This document shows positions 39,101 through 52,015 of a stretch of 64,000 nt of DNA, piece by piece. Source of the stretch: Balanoglossus misakiensis (lineage: Eukaryota > Animalia > Hemichordata). The translations under genes were made by a program, and so were the position numbers. The notes under the pieces were generated by a model. That model worked only from the letters and a program-made list of their open reading frames with translations, searched no databases and was not told the DNA's origin. Location: contig CM082578.2 in NCBI GenBank assembly GCA_040954595.2, forward strand, positions 1 to 64,000. The letters run 5' to 3'. Every line of letters starts with the position of its first letter. The first letter of the stretch is position 1.

Positions 39101-42100
39101 CCTACGGCGTGATTCGGCTGGTGCACCGGCTCTATATGACACAGACTGGCGTAAGTTATCAACGGTGATTACGTCGGATTTCCTACGGCATGGTTTAGCT
39201 GAAGCCCCGGCACTTTAGAGCGGAAACACGCGTACATTGACCACGATGATCAAGTCAGATCTCCTACGGCCTGGCTCGACTAAAACCCCGGCACACCATG
39301 ACAGACACTAGCGTTCGTTAGCAACGGTGATCAAGTCTGATTTCCTTCGGCCTGGCTCTGCAAAAGACCCGACACATTAGTACAAAGACGTTGGCTAAGT
39401 CGGGCAAACCGAAGAGGGAAAGTCACAGCGGGTCAACACTCGACATTTGTTCGGGTAGGACTGCATTATTGCCTGTCAATTTATAGAGAAAGCCCGAATT
39501 TAACCAGGGCGTTTCAAACACCGACGTTATTTGGGGGCACGGCCTGCAGTACTGCCGGGTAAGCTGACATCGGCGTACCGCATATAATGTAGGGGGGGGG
39601 GGGACAGAACGGTTCAATACTACATTTATTAGATATCAGCTAATTTTGGACAATCATCTAAAATCTAAATCATTTTTTCATATTTGGATATCTGATGATG
39701 TATGAAATTTCCAATATATGTAAAAATGGTGCTGATTATAAAAAATGCACTCTGAATGAGCTGATTTAATACAAAATTGCGTTTTATTCGTTTTTGCACC
39801 AAAAAGGTCATTTTTAGGCAAAACATTCTTTATTTTTTTAATTCGGTGACCTGATCATATATAAGCAATTGCTTGCATGTTAAAAGTTTTTATGACTTTT
39901 AAAAGCAGTGACACTGGCGGCATTCAACACGAAAATAACAATTTTAACCACAATTTGGTCAAAATGGTAAATTTTTGAAAATTACAAAAAATACCTGTTT
40001 TCTACATTTTCGGAAATCTGATGGAGTATAGAATGCTCTTCGTATATATATATCGATACAAATTCCACAAAAGACCGTCTAATTTGGCTCACTGCAGACA
40101 AAATTGCGTTTTACCAAATTTTTCTTGAAAATGTCATTTTTAGAAAAATAAAATAAAAAAACCTTCGTTCTTCGAATTTGGTGCCCTGATCATATATGAC
40201 ATGTTGATTGTATGTTAAAACTTTCGACCACTCCAAAAATGCAGAGATATTGACGGAATTCAAGAAAAAATAGCCATTTTGGCCATATTTTGACAAAATG
40301 GTACATTTTTAAAAAATCATAAAAAATAAACTCTTTTCTTCATTTTCGGAAATATTATGGAGCATGAAGTGTCGTTCTCTTGTAAAAAGTGCTGCAAATT
40401 CCAGAAAATGTGGTATAATTTGAATCACCCAAGACAAAATTGCAATTTTTCGACTTTTTTTCGAAAAATTGTCTTTTTTACAAAATAAATAAGAATACAT
40501 TCTTTTCTTAGTTTCAAACGGGTAGAGATACTTTCCACACGGGTTTTCTAACATTGAATTCCCGTCATCAACTCAGATTTCCTACAGCATAAGTCGGCTA
40601 AAACCCTGACACTCTAGAGCAGAAACAGTTGCACACTGGTAACGTTGAACAAGTCGATTTTTCTACGGCCTGGCTCGGCTAAATCTCCGTCACAATATGA
40701 CAGACACTAGCGTACGTTAGCAACGGTGATCAAGTCAGATTTTCTACGGCATGGGTTGGATAAAGCCCCGGCACTCTAGAGCAGAAACACGCGTACAGAG
40801 ACCACGTTGATCAAGTCTGATCTCCTACGGCTTGGCTCGACTAAAACCCCGGCACACTATGACAGACATTAGCGTTCGTTAGCAACGTTGATCAAGTCAG
40901 ATTTCCTACGGCATGGCTTGGCTAAAGCCCTGGCACTCTAGAGCAGAAACACGCGTACAGAGACCACGTTGATCTACTCACATTTCCTTCGGCCTGGCAC
41001 GGCTGATGCCCCGGCACTATATATAGGACACAAACTGGCGTAAGTTAACAACGGTAATCACGTCGGGTTTCCCACGGCCTGGCTCAGCTGAAGCCCCGGC
41101 ACTCTAGAGCAGAAACAGGCGTACATTGACCACGTTGATCAAGTAAGATTTCCTACGGCGTGACTCGGCTGGTGCACCGGCTCTATATGACACAGACTGG
41201 CGTAAGTTATCAACGGTGATTACGTCAGATTTCCTACGGCATGGTTTAGCTGAAGCCCCGGCACTTTAGAGCGGAAACACGCGTACATTGACCACGATGA
41301 TCAAGTCAGATCTCCTACGGCCTGGCTCGACTAAAACCCCGGCACACTATGACAGACACTAGCGTTCGTTAGCAACGTTGATCAAGTCAGATTTCCTACG
41401 GCATGGCTCAGCTGAAGCCCCGGCACTCTAGAGCAGAAACAGGCGTACATTGACCACGTTGATCAAGTCAGATTTCCTACGGCGTGACTCGGCTGGTGCA
41501 CCGGCTCTATATGACACAGACTGGCGTAAGTTATCAACGGTGATTACGTCGGATTTCCTACGGCCTGGTTTAGCTGAAGCCCCGGCACTTTAGAGCGGAA
41601 ACACGCGTACATTGACCACGATGATCAAGTCAGATCTCCTACGGCCTGGCTCGACTAAAACCCCGGCACACCATGACAGACACTAGCGTTCGTTAGCAAC
41701 GGTGATCAAGTCGGATTTCCTTCGGCCTGGCTCTGCAAAAGACCCGACACTCTAGTACAAAGACGTTGGCTAAGTCGGGCAAACCGAACAGGGAAAGTCA
41801 CAGCGGGTCAACACTCGACATTTGTTCCGGTAGGACTGCTTTATTGCCTGTCAATTTATAGAGAAAGCCCGAATTTAACCAGGGCGTTTCAAACACCGAC
41901 GTTAGTTGGGGGCACGGCCTGCAGTACTGCCGGGTAAGCTGACATCAGCGTACCGCATATAATGTAGGGGGGGGGGGAACAGAACGGTTAAATACTACAT
42001 TTATCAGATATCAGCTAATTTTGGACAATCATCTAAAATGTAAATCATCTTTTCATATTTGGATATCTGATGATGTATGAAATTTCCAATATATGTAAAA

Positions 42101-43799
42101 ATGGTGCTGATTATAAAAAATGCACTCTGAATGAGCTGATTTAATACAAAATTTGCGTTTTATTCGTTTTTGCACCAAAAAGGTCATTTTTAGGCAAAAC
42201 ATTCTTTATTTTTTTAATTCGGTGACCTGATCATATATAAGCAATTGCTTGCATATTAAAAGTTTTTATGACTTTTAAAAGCAGTGACACTGGCGGCATT
42301 CAACACGAAAATAACAATTTTAACCACAATTTGGTCAAAATGGTAAATTTTTGAAAATTACAAAAAATACCTGTTTTCTACATTTTCGGAAATCTGATGG
42401 AGTATAGAATGCTCTTCGTATATATATATCGATACAAATTCCACAAAAGACCGTCTAATTTGGCTCACTGCAGACAAAATTGCGTTTTACCAAATTTTCC
42501 TTGAAAATGTCATTTTTAGAAAAATAAAATAAAAAAACCTTCGTCCTTCGAATTTGGTGCCCTGATCATATATGATATGTTGATTGTATGTTAAAACTTT
42601 CGACCACTCCAAAAATGCAGAGATATTGACGGAATTCAAGAAAAAATAGCCATTTTGGCCATATTTTGACAAAATGGTACATTTTTAAAAAATCATAAAA
42701 AATAAACTCTTTTCTTCATTTTCGGAAATATTATGGAGCATGAAGTGTCGTTCTCTTGTAAAAAGTGCTGCAAATTCCAGAAAATGTGGTATAATTTGAA
42801 TCACCCAAGACAAAATTACCATTTTCGACTTGTTTTCGAAAAATTGTCTTTTTTACAAAATAAATAAGAATAAATTCTTTTCTTAGTTTCAAACGGGTAG
42901 AGATACTTTCCACACGGGTTTTCTAACATTGAATTCCCGTTTATCAACTCAGATTTCCTACAGCATAAGTCGGCTAAAACCCTGACACTCTAGAGCAGAA
43001 ACAGTTGCACACTGATAACGTTGAACAAGTCGATTTTTCTACGGCCTGGCACGGCTAAATCTCGTCACAATATGACAGACACTAGCGTACGTTAGCAACG
43101 GTGATCAAGTCAGATTTTCAACGGCATGGGTTGGATAAAGCCCCGGCACTCTAGAGCAGAAACACGCATACAGAGACCACGTTGATCAAGTCTGATCTCC
43201 TACGGCTTGGCTCGACTAAAACCCCGGCACACTATGACAGACACTAGCGTTCGTTAGCAACGTTGATCAAGTCAGATTTCCTACGGCATGGCTTTGCTAA
43301 AGCCCTGACACTCTAGAGCAGAAACACGCGTACAGAGACCACGTTGATCTACTCACATTTCCTTCGGCCTGGCACGGCTGATGCCCCGGCACTATATATA
43401 GGACACAGACTGGCGTAAGTTAACAACGGTAATCACGTCGGGTTTCCTACGGCCTGGCTCAGCTGAAGCCCCGGCACTCTAGAGCAGAAACAGGCGTACA
43501 TTGACCACGTTGATCAAGTCAGATTTCCTACGGCGTGACTCGGCTGGTGCACCGGCTCTATATGACACAGACTGGCGTAAGTTATCAACGGTGATTACGT
43601 CGGATTTCCTACGGCCTGGTTTAGCTGAAGCCCCGGCACTTTAGAGCGGAAACACGCGTACATTGACCACGATGATCAAGTCAGATCTCCTACGGCCTGG
43701 CTCGACTAAAACCCCGGCACACCATGACAGACACTAGCGTTCGTTAGCAACGGTGATCAAGTCGGATTTCCTTCGGCCTGGCTCTGCAAAAGACCCGAC

Positions 43800-46700
43800 A
43801 CTCTAGTACAAAGACGTTGGCTAAGTCGGGCAAACCGAACAGGGAAAGTCACAGCGGGTCAACACTCGACATTTGTTCCGGTAGGACTGCTTTATTGCCT
43901 GTCAATTTATAGAGAAAGCCCGAATTTAACCAGGGCGTTTCAAACACCGACGTTAGTTGGGGCACGGCCTGCAGTACTGCCGGGTAAGCTGACATCAGCG
44001 TACCGCATATAATGTAGGGGGGGGGAACAGAACGGTTAAATACTACATTTATCAGATATCAGCTAATTTTGGACAATCATCTAAAATGTAAATCATCTTT
44101 TCATATTTGGATATCTGATGAAGTATGAAATTTCCAATATATGTAAAAATGGTGCTGATTATAAAAAATGCACTCTGAATGAGCTGATTTAATACAAAAT
44201 TGCGTTTTATTCGTTTTTGCACCAAAAAGGTCATTTTTAGGCAAAACATTCTTTATTTTTTTAATTCGGTGACCTGATCATATATAAGCAATTTCTTGCA
44301 TGTTAAAAGTTTTTATGACTTTTAAAAGCAGTGACACTGGCGGCATTCAACACGAAAATAACAATTTTAACCACAATTTGGTCAAAATGGTAAATTTTTG
44401 AAAATTACAAAAAATACCTGTTTTCTACATTTTCGGAAATCTGATGGAGTATAGAATGCTCTTCGTATATATATATCGATACAAATTCCACAAAAGACCG
44501 TCTAATTTGGCTCACTGCAGACAAAATTGCGTTTTACCAAATTTTCCTTGAAAATGTCATTTTTAGAAAAATAAAATAAAAAAACCTTCGTTCTTCGAAT
44601 TTGGTGCCCTGATCATATATGATATGTTGATTGTATGTTAAAACTTTCGACCACTCCAAAAATGCAGAGATATTGACGGAATTCAAGAAAAAATAGCCAT
44701 TTTGGCCATATTTTGACAAAATGGTACATTTTTAAAAAATCATAAAAAATAAACTCTTTTCTTCATTTTCGGAAATATTATGGAGCATGATGTGTCGTTC
44801 TTTTGTAAAAAGTGCTGCAAATTCCAGAAAATGTGGTATAATTTGAATCACCCAAGACAAAATTGCCATTTTCGACTTGTTTTCGAAAAATTGTCTTTTT
44901 TACAAAATAAATAAGAATACATTCTTTTCTTAGTTTCAAACGGGTAGAGATACTTTCCACACGGGTTTTCAAACATTGAATTCCCGTTCATCAACTCAGA
45001 TTTCCTACAGCATAAGTCGGCTAAAACCCTGACACTCTAGAGCAGAAACAGTTGCACACTGATAACGTTGAACAAGTCGATTTTTCTACGGCCTGGCACG
45101 GCTAAATCTCGTCACAATATGACAGACACTAGCGTACGTTAGCAACGGTGATCAAGTCAGATTTTCAACGGCATGGGTTGGATAAAGCCCCGGCACTCTA
45201 GAGCAGAAACACGCGTACAGAGACCACGTTGATCAAGTCTGATCTCCTACGGCTTGGCTCGACTAAAACCCCGGCACACTATGACAGACACTAGCGTTCG
45301 TTAGCAACGTTGATCAAGTCAGATTTCCTACGGCATGGCTTTGCTAAAGCCCTGACACTCTAGAGCAGAAACACGCGTACAGAGACCACGTTGATCTACT
45401 CACATTTCCTTCGGCCTGGCACGGCTGATGCCCCGGCACTATATATAGGACACAGACTGGCGTAAGTTAACAACGGTAATCACGTCGGGTTCCTACGGCC
45501 TGGCTCAGCTGAAGCCCCGGCACTCTAGAGCAGAAACAGGCGTACATTGACCACGTTGATCAAGTCAGATTTCCTACGGCGTGACTCGGCTGGTGCACCG
45601 GCTCTATATGACACAGACTGGCGTAAGTTATCAACGGTGATTACGTCGGATTTCCTACGGCCTAGTTTAGCTGAAGCCCCGGCACTTTAGAACGGAAACA
45701 CGCGTACATTGACCACGATGATCAAGTCAGATCTCCTACGGCCTGGCTCGACTAAAACCCCGGCACACCATGACAGACACTAGCGTTCGTTAGCAACGGT
45801 GATCAAGTCGGATTTCCTTCGGCCTGGCTCTGCAAAAGACCCAACACTCTAGTACAAAGACGTTGGCTAAGTCGGGCAAACCGAACAGGGAAAGTCACAG
45901 CGGGTCAACACTCGACATTTGTTCCGGTAGGACTGCTTTATTGCCTGTCAATTTATAGAGAAAGCCCGAATTTAACCAGGGCGTTTCAAACACCGACGTT
46001 AGTTGGGGGCACGGCCTGCAGTACTGCCGGGTAAGCTGACATCAGCGTACCGCATATAATGTAGGGGGGGGGGGGGGAACAGAACGGTTAAATACTACAT
46101 TTATCAGATATCAGCTAATTTTGGACAATCATCTAAAATGTAAATCATCTTTTCATATTTGGATATCTGATGATGTATGAAATTTCCAATATATGTAAAA
46201 ATGGTGCTGATTATAAAAAATGCACTCTGAATGAGCTGATTTAATACAAAATTGCGTTTTATTCGTTTTTGCACCAAAAAGGTCATTTTTAGGCAAAACA
46301 TTCTTTATTTTTTTAATTCGGTGACCTGATCATATATAAGCAATTGCTTGCATGTTAAAAGTTTTTATGACTTTTAAAAGCAGTGACACTGGCGGCATTC
46401 AACACGAAAATAACAATTTTAACCACAATTTGGTCAAAATGGTAAATTTTTGAAAATTACAAAAAATACCTGTTTTCTACATTTTCGGAAATCTGATGGA
46501 GTATAGAATGCTCTTCGTATATATATATATCGATACAAATTCCACAAAAGACCGTCTAATTTGGCTCACTGCAGACAAAATTGCGTTTTACCAAATTTTC
46601 CTTGAAAATGTCATTTTTAGAAAAATAAAATAAAAAAACCTTCGTTCTTCGAATTTTGTGCCCTGATCATATATGATATGTTGATTGTATGTTAAAACTT

Positions 46701-49700
46701 TCGACCACTCCAAAAATGCAGAGATATTGACGGAATTCAAGAAAAAATAGCCATTTTGGCCATATTTTGACAAAATGGTACATTTTTAAAAAATCATAAA
46801 AAATAAACTCTTTTCTTGATTTTCGGAAATATTATGGAGCATGAAGTGTCGTTCTCTTGTAAAAAGTGCTGCAAATTCCAGAAAATGTGGTATAATTTGA
46901 ATTACCCAAGACAAAATTACCATTTTCGACATGTTTTCGAAAAATTGTCTTTTTTACAAAATAAATAAGAATAAATTCTTTTCTTAGTTTCAAACGGGTA
47001 GGGATACTTTCCACACGGGTTTTCTAACATTGAATTCCCGTTCATCAACTCAGATTTCCTACAGCATAAGTCGGCTAAAACCCTGACACTCTAGAGCAGA
47101 AACAGTTGCACACTGGTAACGTTGAACAAGTCGATTTTTCTACGACCTGGCTCGGCTAAATCTCCGTCACAATATGACAGACACTAGCGTACGTTAGCAA
47201 CGGTGATCAAGTCAGATTTTCTACGGCATGGCTTGGATAAAGCCCCGGCACTCTAGAGCAAAAACACGCGTACAGAGATCACGTTGATCAAGTCTGATCT
47301 CCTACGGCTTGGCTCGACTAAAACCCCGGCACACTATGACAGACACTAGCGTTCGTTAGCAACGTTGATCAAGTCAGATTTCCTACGGCATGGCTTTGCT
47401 AAAGCCCTGACACTCTAGAGCAGAAACACGCGTACAGAGACCACGTTGATCTACTCACATTTCCTTCGGCCTGGCACGGCTGATGCCCCGGCACTATATA
47501 TAGGACACAGACTGGCGTAAGTTAACAACGGTAATCACGTCGGGTTTCCTACGGCCTGGCTCAGCTGAAGCCCCGGCACTCTAGAGCAGAAACAGGCGTA
47601 CATTGACCACGTTGATCAAGTCAGATTTCCTACGGCGTGACTCGGCTGGTGCACCGGCTCTATATGACACAGACTGGCGTAAGTTATCAACGGTGATTAC
47701 GTCGGATTTCCTACGGCCTGGTTTAGCTGAAGCCCCGGCACTTTAGAGCGGAAACACGCGTACATTGACCACGATGATCAAGTCAGATCTCCTACGGCCT
47801 GGCTCGACTAAAACCCCGGCACACCATGACAGACACTAGCGTTCGTTAGCAACGGTGATCAAGTCGGATTTCCTTCGGCCTGGCTCTGCAAAAGACCCGA
47901 CACTCTAGTACAAAGACGTTGGCTAAGTCGGGCAAACCGAACAGGGAAAGTCACAGCGGGTCAACACTCGACATTTGTTCCGGTAGGACTGCTTTATTGC
48001 CTGTCAATTTATAGAGAAAGCCCGAATTTAACCAGGGCGTTTCAAACACCGACGTTAGTTGGGGGCACGGCCTGCAGTACTGCCGGGTAAGCTGACATCA
48101 GCGTACCGCATATAATGTAGGGGGGGAACAGAACGGTTAAATACTACATTTATCAGATATCAGCTAATTTTGGACAATCATCTAAAATGTAAATCATCTT
48201 TTCATATTTGGATATCTGATGAAGTATGAAATTTCCAATATATGTAAAAATGGTGCTGATTATAAAAAATGCACTCTGAATGAGCTGATTTAATACAAAA
48301 TTGCGTTTTATTCGTTTTTGCACCAAAAAGGTCATTTTTAGGCAAAACATTCTTTATTTTTTTAATTCGGTGACCTGATCATATATAAGCAATTTCTTGC
48401 ATGTTAAAAGTTTTTATGACTTTTAAAAGCAGTGACACTGGCGGCATTCAACACGAAAATAACAATTTTAACCACAATTTGGTCAAAATGGTAAATTTTT
48501 GAAAATTACAAAAAATACCTGTTTTCTACATTTTCGGAAATCTGATGGAGTATAGAATGCTCTTCGTATATATATATCGATACAAATTCCACAAAAGACC
48601 GTCTAATTTGGCTCACTGCAGACAAAATTGCGTTTTACCAAATTTTCCTTGAAAATGTCATTTTTAGAAAAATAAAATAAAAAAACCTTCGTTCTTCGAA
48701 TTTGGTGCCCTGATCATATATGATATGTTGATTGTATGTTAAAACTTTCGACCACTCCAAAAATGCAGAGATATTGACGGAATTCAAGAAAAAATAGCCA
48801 TTTTGGCCATATTTTGACAAAATGGTACATTTTTAAAAAATCATAAAAAATAAACTCTTTTCTTCATTTTCGGAAATATTATGGAGCATGATGTGTCGTT
48901 CTTTTGTAAAAAGTGCTGCAAATTCCAGAAAATGTGGTATAATTTGAATCACCCAAGACAAAATTGCCATTTTCGACTTGTTTTCGAAAAATTGTCTTTT
49001 TTACAAAATAAATAAGAATACATTCTTTTCTTAGTTTCAAACGGGTAGAGATACTTTCCACACGGGTTTTCAAACATTGAATTCCCGTTTATCAACTCAG
49101 ATTTCCTACAGCATAAGTCGGCTAAAACCCTGACACTCTAGAGCAGAAACAGTTGCACACTGATAACGTTGAACAAGTCGATTTTTCTACGGCCTGGCAC
49201 GGCTAAATCTCGTCACAATATGACAGACACTAGCGTACGTTAGCAACGGTGATCAAGTCAGATTTTCAACGGCATGGGTTGGATAAAGCCCCGGCACTCT
49301 AGAGCAGAAACACGCGTACAGAGACCACGTTGATCAAGTCTGATCTCCTACGGCTTGGCTCGACTAAAACCCCGGCACACTATGACAGACACTAGCGTTC
49401 GTTAGCAACGTTGATCAAGTCAGATTTCCTACGGCATGGCTTTGCTAAAGCCCTGACACTCTAGAGCAGAAACACGCGTACAGAGACCATGTTGATCTAC
49501 TCACATTTCCTTCGGCCTGGCACGGCTGATGCCCCGGCACTATATATAGGACACAGACTGGCGTAAGTTAACAACGGTAATCACGTCGGGTTTCCTACGG
49601 CCTGGCTCAGCTGAAGCCCCGGCACTCTAGAGCAGAAACAGGCGTACATTGACCACGTTGATCAAGTCAGATTTCCTACGGCGTGACTCGGCTGGTGCAC

Positions 49701-52015
49701 CGGCTCTATATGACACAGACTGGCGTAAGTTATCAACGGTGATTACGTCGGATTTCCTACGGCCTAGTTTAGCTGAAGCCCCGGCACTTTAGAGCGGAAA
49801 CACGCGTACATTGACCACGATGATCAAGTCAGATCTCCTACGGCCTGGCTCGACTAAAACCCCGGCACACCATGACAGACACTAGCGTTCGTTAGCAACG
49901 GTGATCAAGTCGGATTTCCTTCGGCCTGGCTCTGCAAAAGACCCGACACTCTAGTACAAAGACGTTGGCTAAGTCGGGCAAACCGAACAGGGAAAGTCAC
50001 AGCGGGTCAACACTCGACATTTGTTCCGGTAGGACTGCTTTATTGCCTGTCAATTTATAGAGAAAGCCCGAATTTAACCAGGGCGTTTCAAACACCGACG
50101 TTAGTTGGGGGCACGGCCTGCAGTACTGCCGGGTAAGCTGACATCAGCGTACTGCATATAATGTAGGGGGGGGAACAGAACGGTTAAGTACTACATTTAT
50201 CAGATATCAGCTAATTTTGGACAATCATCTAAAATGTAAATCATCTTTTCATATTTGGATATCTGATGATGTATGAAATTTCCAATATATGTAAAAATGG
50301 TGCTGATTATAAAAAATGCACTCTGAATGAGCTGATTTAATACAAAATTGCGTTTTATTCGTTTTTGCACCAAAAAGGTCATTTTTAGGCAAAACATTCT
50401 TTATTTTTTTAATTCGGTGACCTTATCATATATAAGCAATTGCTTGCATGTTAAAAGTTTTTATGACTTTTAAAAGCAGTGACACTGGCGGCATTCAACA
50501 CGAAAATAACAATTTTAACCACAATTTGGTCAAAATGGTAAATTTTTGAAAATTACAAAAAATACCTGTTTTCTACATTTTCGGAAATCTGATGGAGTAT
50601 AGAATGCTCTTCGTATATATATATATCGATACAAATTCCACAAAAGACCGTCTAATTTGGCTCACTGCAGACAAAATTGCGTTTTACCAAATTTTCCTTG
50701 AAAATGTCATTTTTAGAAAAATAAAATAAAAAAACCTTCGTTCTTCGAATTTTGTGCCCTGATCATATATGATATGTTGATTGTATGTTAAAACTTTCGA
50801 CCACTCCAAAAATGCAGAGATATTGACGGAATTCAAGAAAAAATAGCCATTTTGGCCATATTTTGACAAAATGGTACATTTTTAAAAAATCATAAAAAAT
50901 AAACTCTTTTCTTGATTTTCGGAAATATTATGGAGCATGAAGTGTCGTTCTCTTGTAAAAAGTGCTGCAAATTCCAGAAAATGTGGTATAATTTGAATTA
51001 CCCAAGACAAAATTACCATTTTCGACATGTTTTCGAAAAATTGTCTTTTTTACAAAATAAATAAGAATAAATTCTTTTCTTAGTTTCAAACGGGTAGGGA
51101 TACTTTCCACACGGGTTTTCTAACATTGAATTCCCGTTCATCAACTCAGATTTCCTACAGCATAAGTCGGCTAAAACCCTGACACTCTAGAGCAGAAACA
51201 GTTGCACACTGGTAACGTTGAACAAGTCGATTTTTCTACGACCTGGCTCGGCTAAATCTCCGTCACAATATGACAGACACTAGCGTACGTTAGCAACGGT
51301 GATCAAGTCAGATTTTCTACGGCATGGCTTGGATAAAGCCCCGGCACTCTAGAGCAAAAACACGCGTACAGAGATCACGTTGATCAAGTCTGATCTCCTA
51401 CGGCTTGGCTCGACTAAAACCCCGGCACACTATGACAGACACTAGCGTTCGTTAGCAACGTTGATCAAGTCAGATTTCCTACGGCATGGCTTTGCTAAAG
51501 CCCTGACACTCTAGAGCAGAAACACGCGTACAGAGACCACGTTGATCTACTCACATTTCCTTCGGCCTGGCACGGCTGATGCCCCGGCACTATATATAGG
51601 ACACAGACTGGCGTAAGTTAACAACGGTAATCACGTCGGGTTTCCTACGGCCTGGCTCAGCTGAAGCCCCGGCACTCTAGAGCAGAAACAGGCGTACATT
51701 GACCACGTTGATCAAGTCAGATTTCCTACGGCGTGACTCGGCTGGTGCACCGGCTCTATATGACACAGACTGGCGTAAGTTATCAACGGTGATTACGTCG
51801 GATTTCCTACGGCCTGGTTTAGCTGAAGCCCCGGCACTTTAGAGCGGAAACACGCGTACATTGACCACGATGATCAAGTCAGATCTCCTACGGCCTGGCT
51901 CGACTAAAACCCCGGCACACCATGACAGACACTAGCGTTCGTTAGCAACGGTGATCAAGTCGGATTTCCTTCGGCCTGGCTCTGCAAAAGACCCGACACT
52001 CTAGTACAAAGACGT
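43800..52015 (-). repeat. two-monomer higher-order repeat (~4.1 kb, two copies)
   Basis: Diagnostic variants recur every ~4.1 kb: 44052/48153, 44778/48879, 46104/50200 and 46832/50928. The left boundary is approximate. Confidence 0.85.

Larger units (their letters stand above)
30575..52015 (-). repeat. satellite orientation block 3 (reverse)
   Basis: Ten poly-G tracts at about 32433, 34485, 36011, 37542, 39592, 41967, 44017, 46064, 48120 and 50166. Confidence 0.96.
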
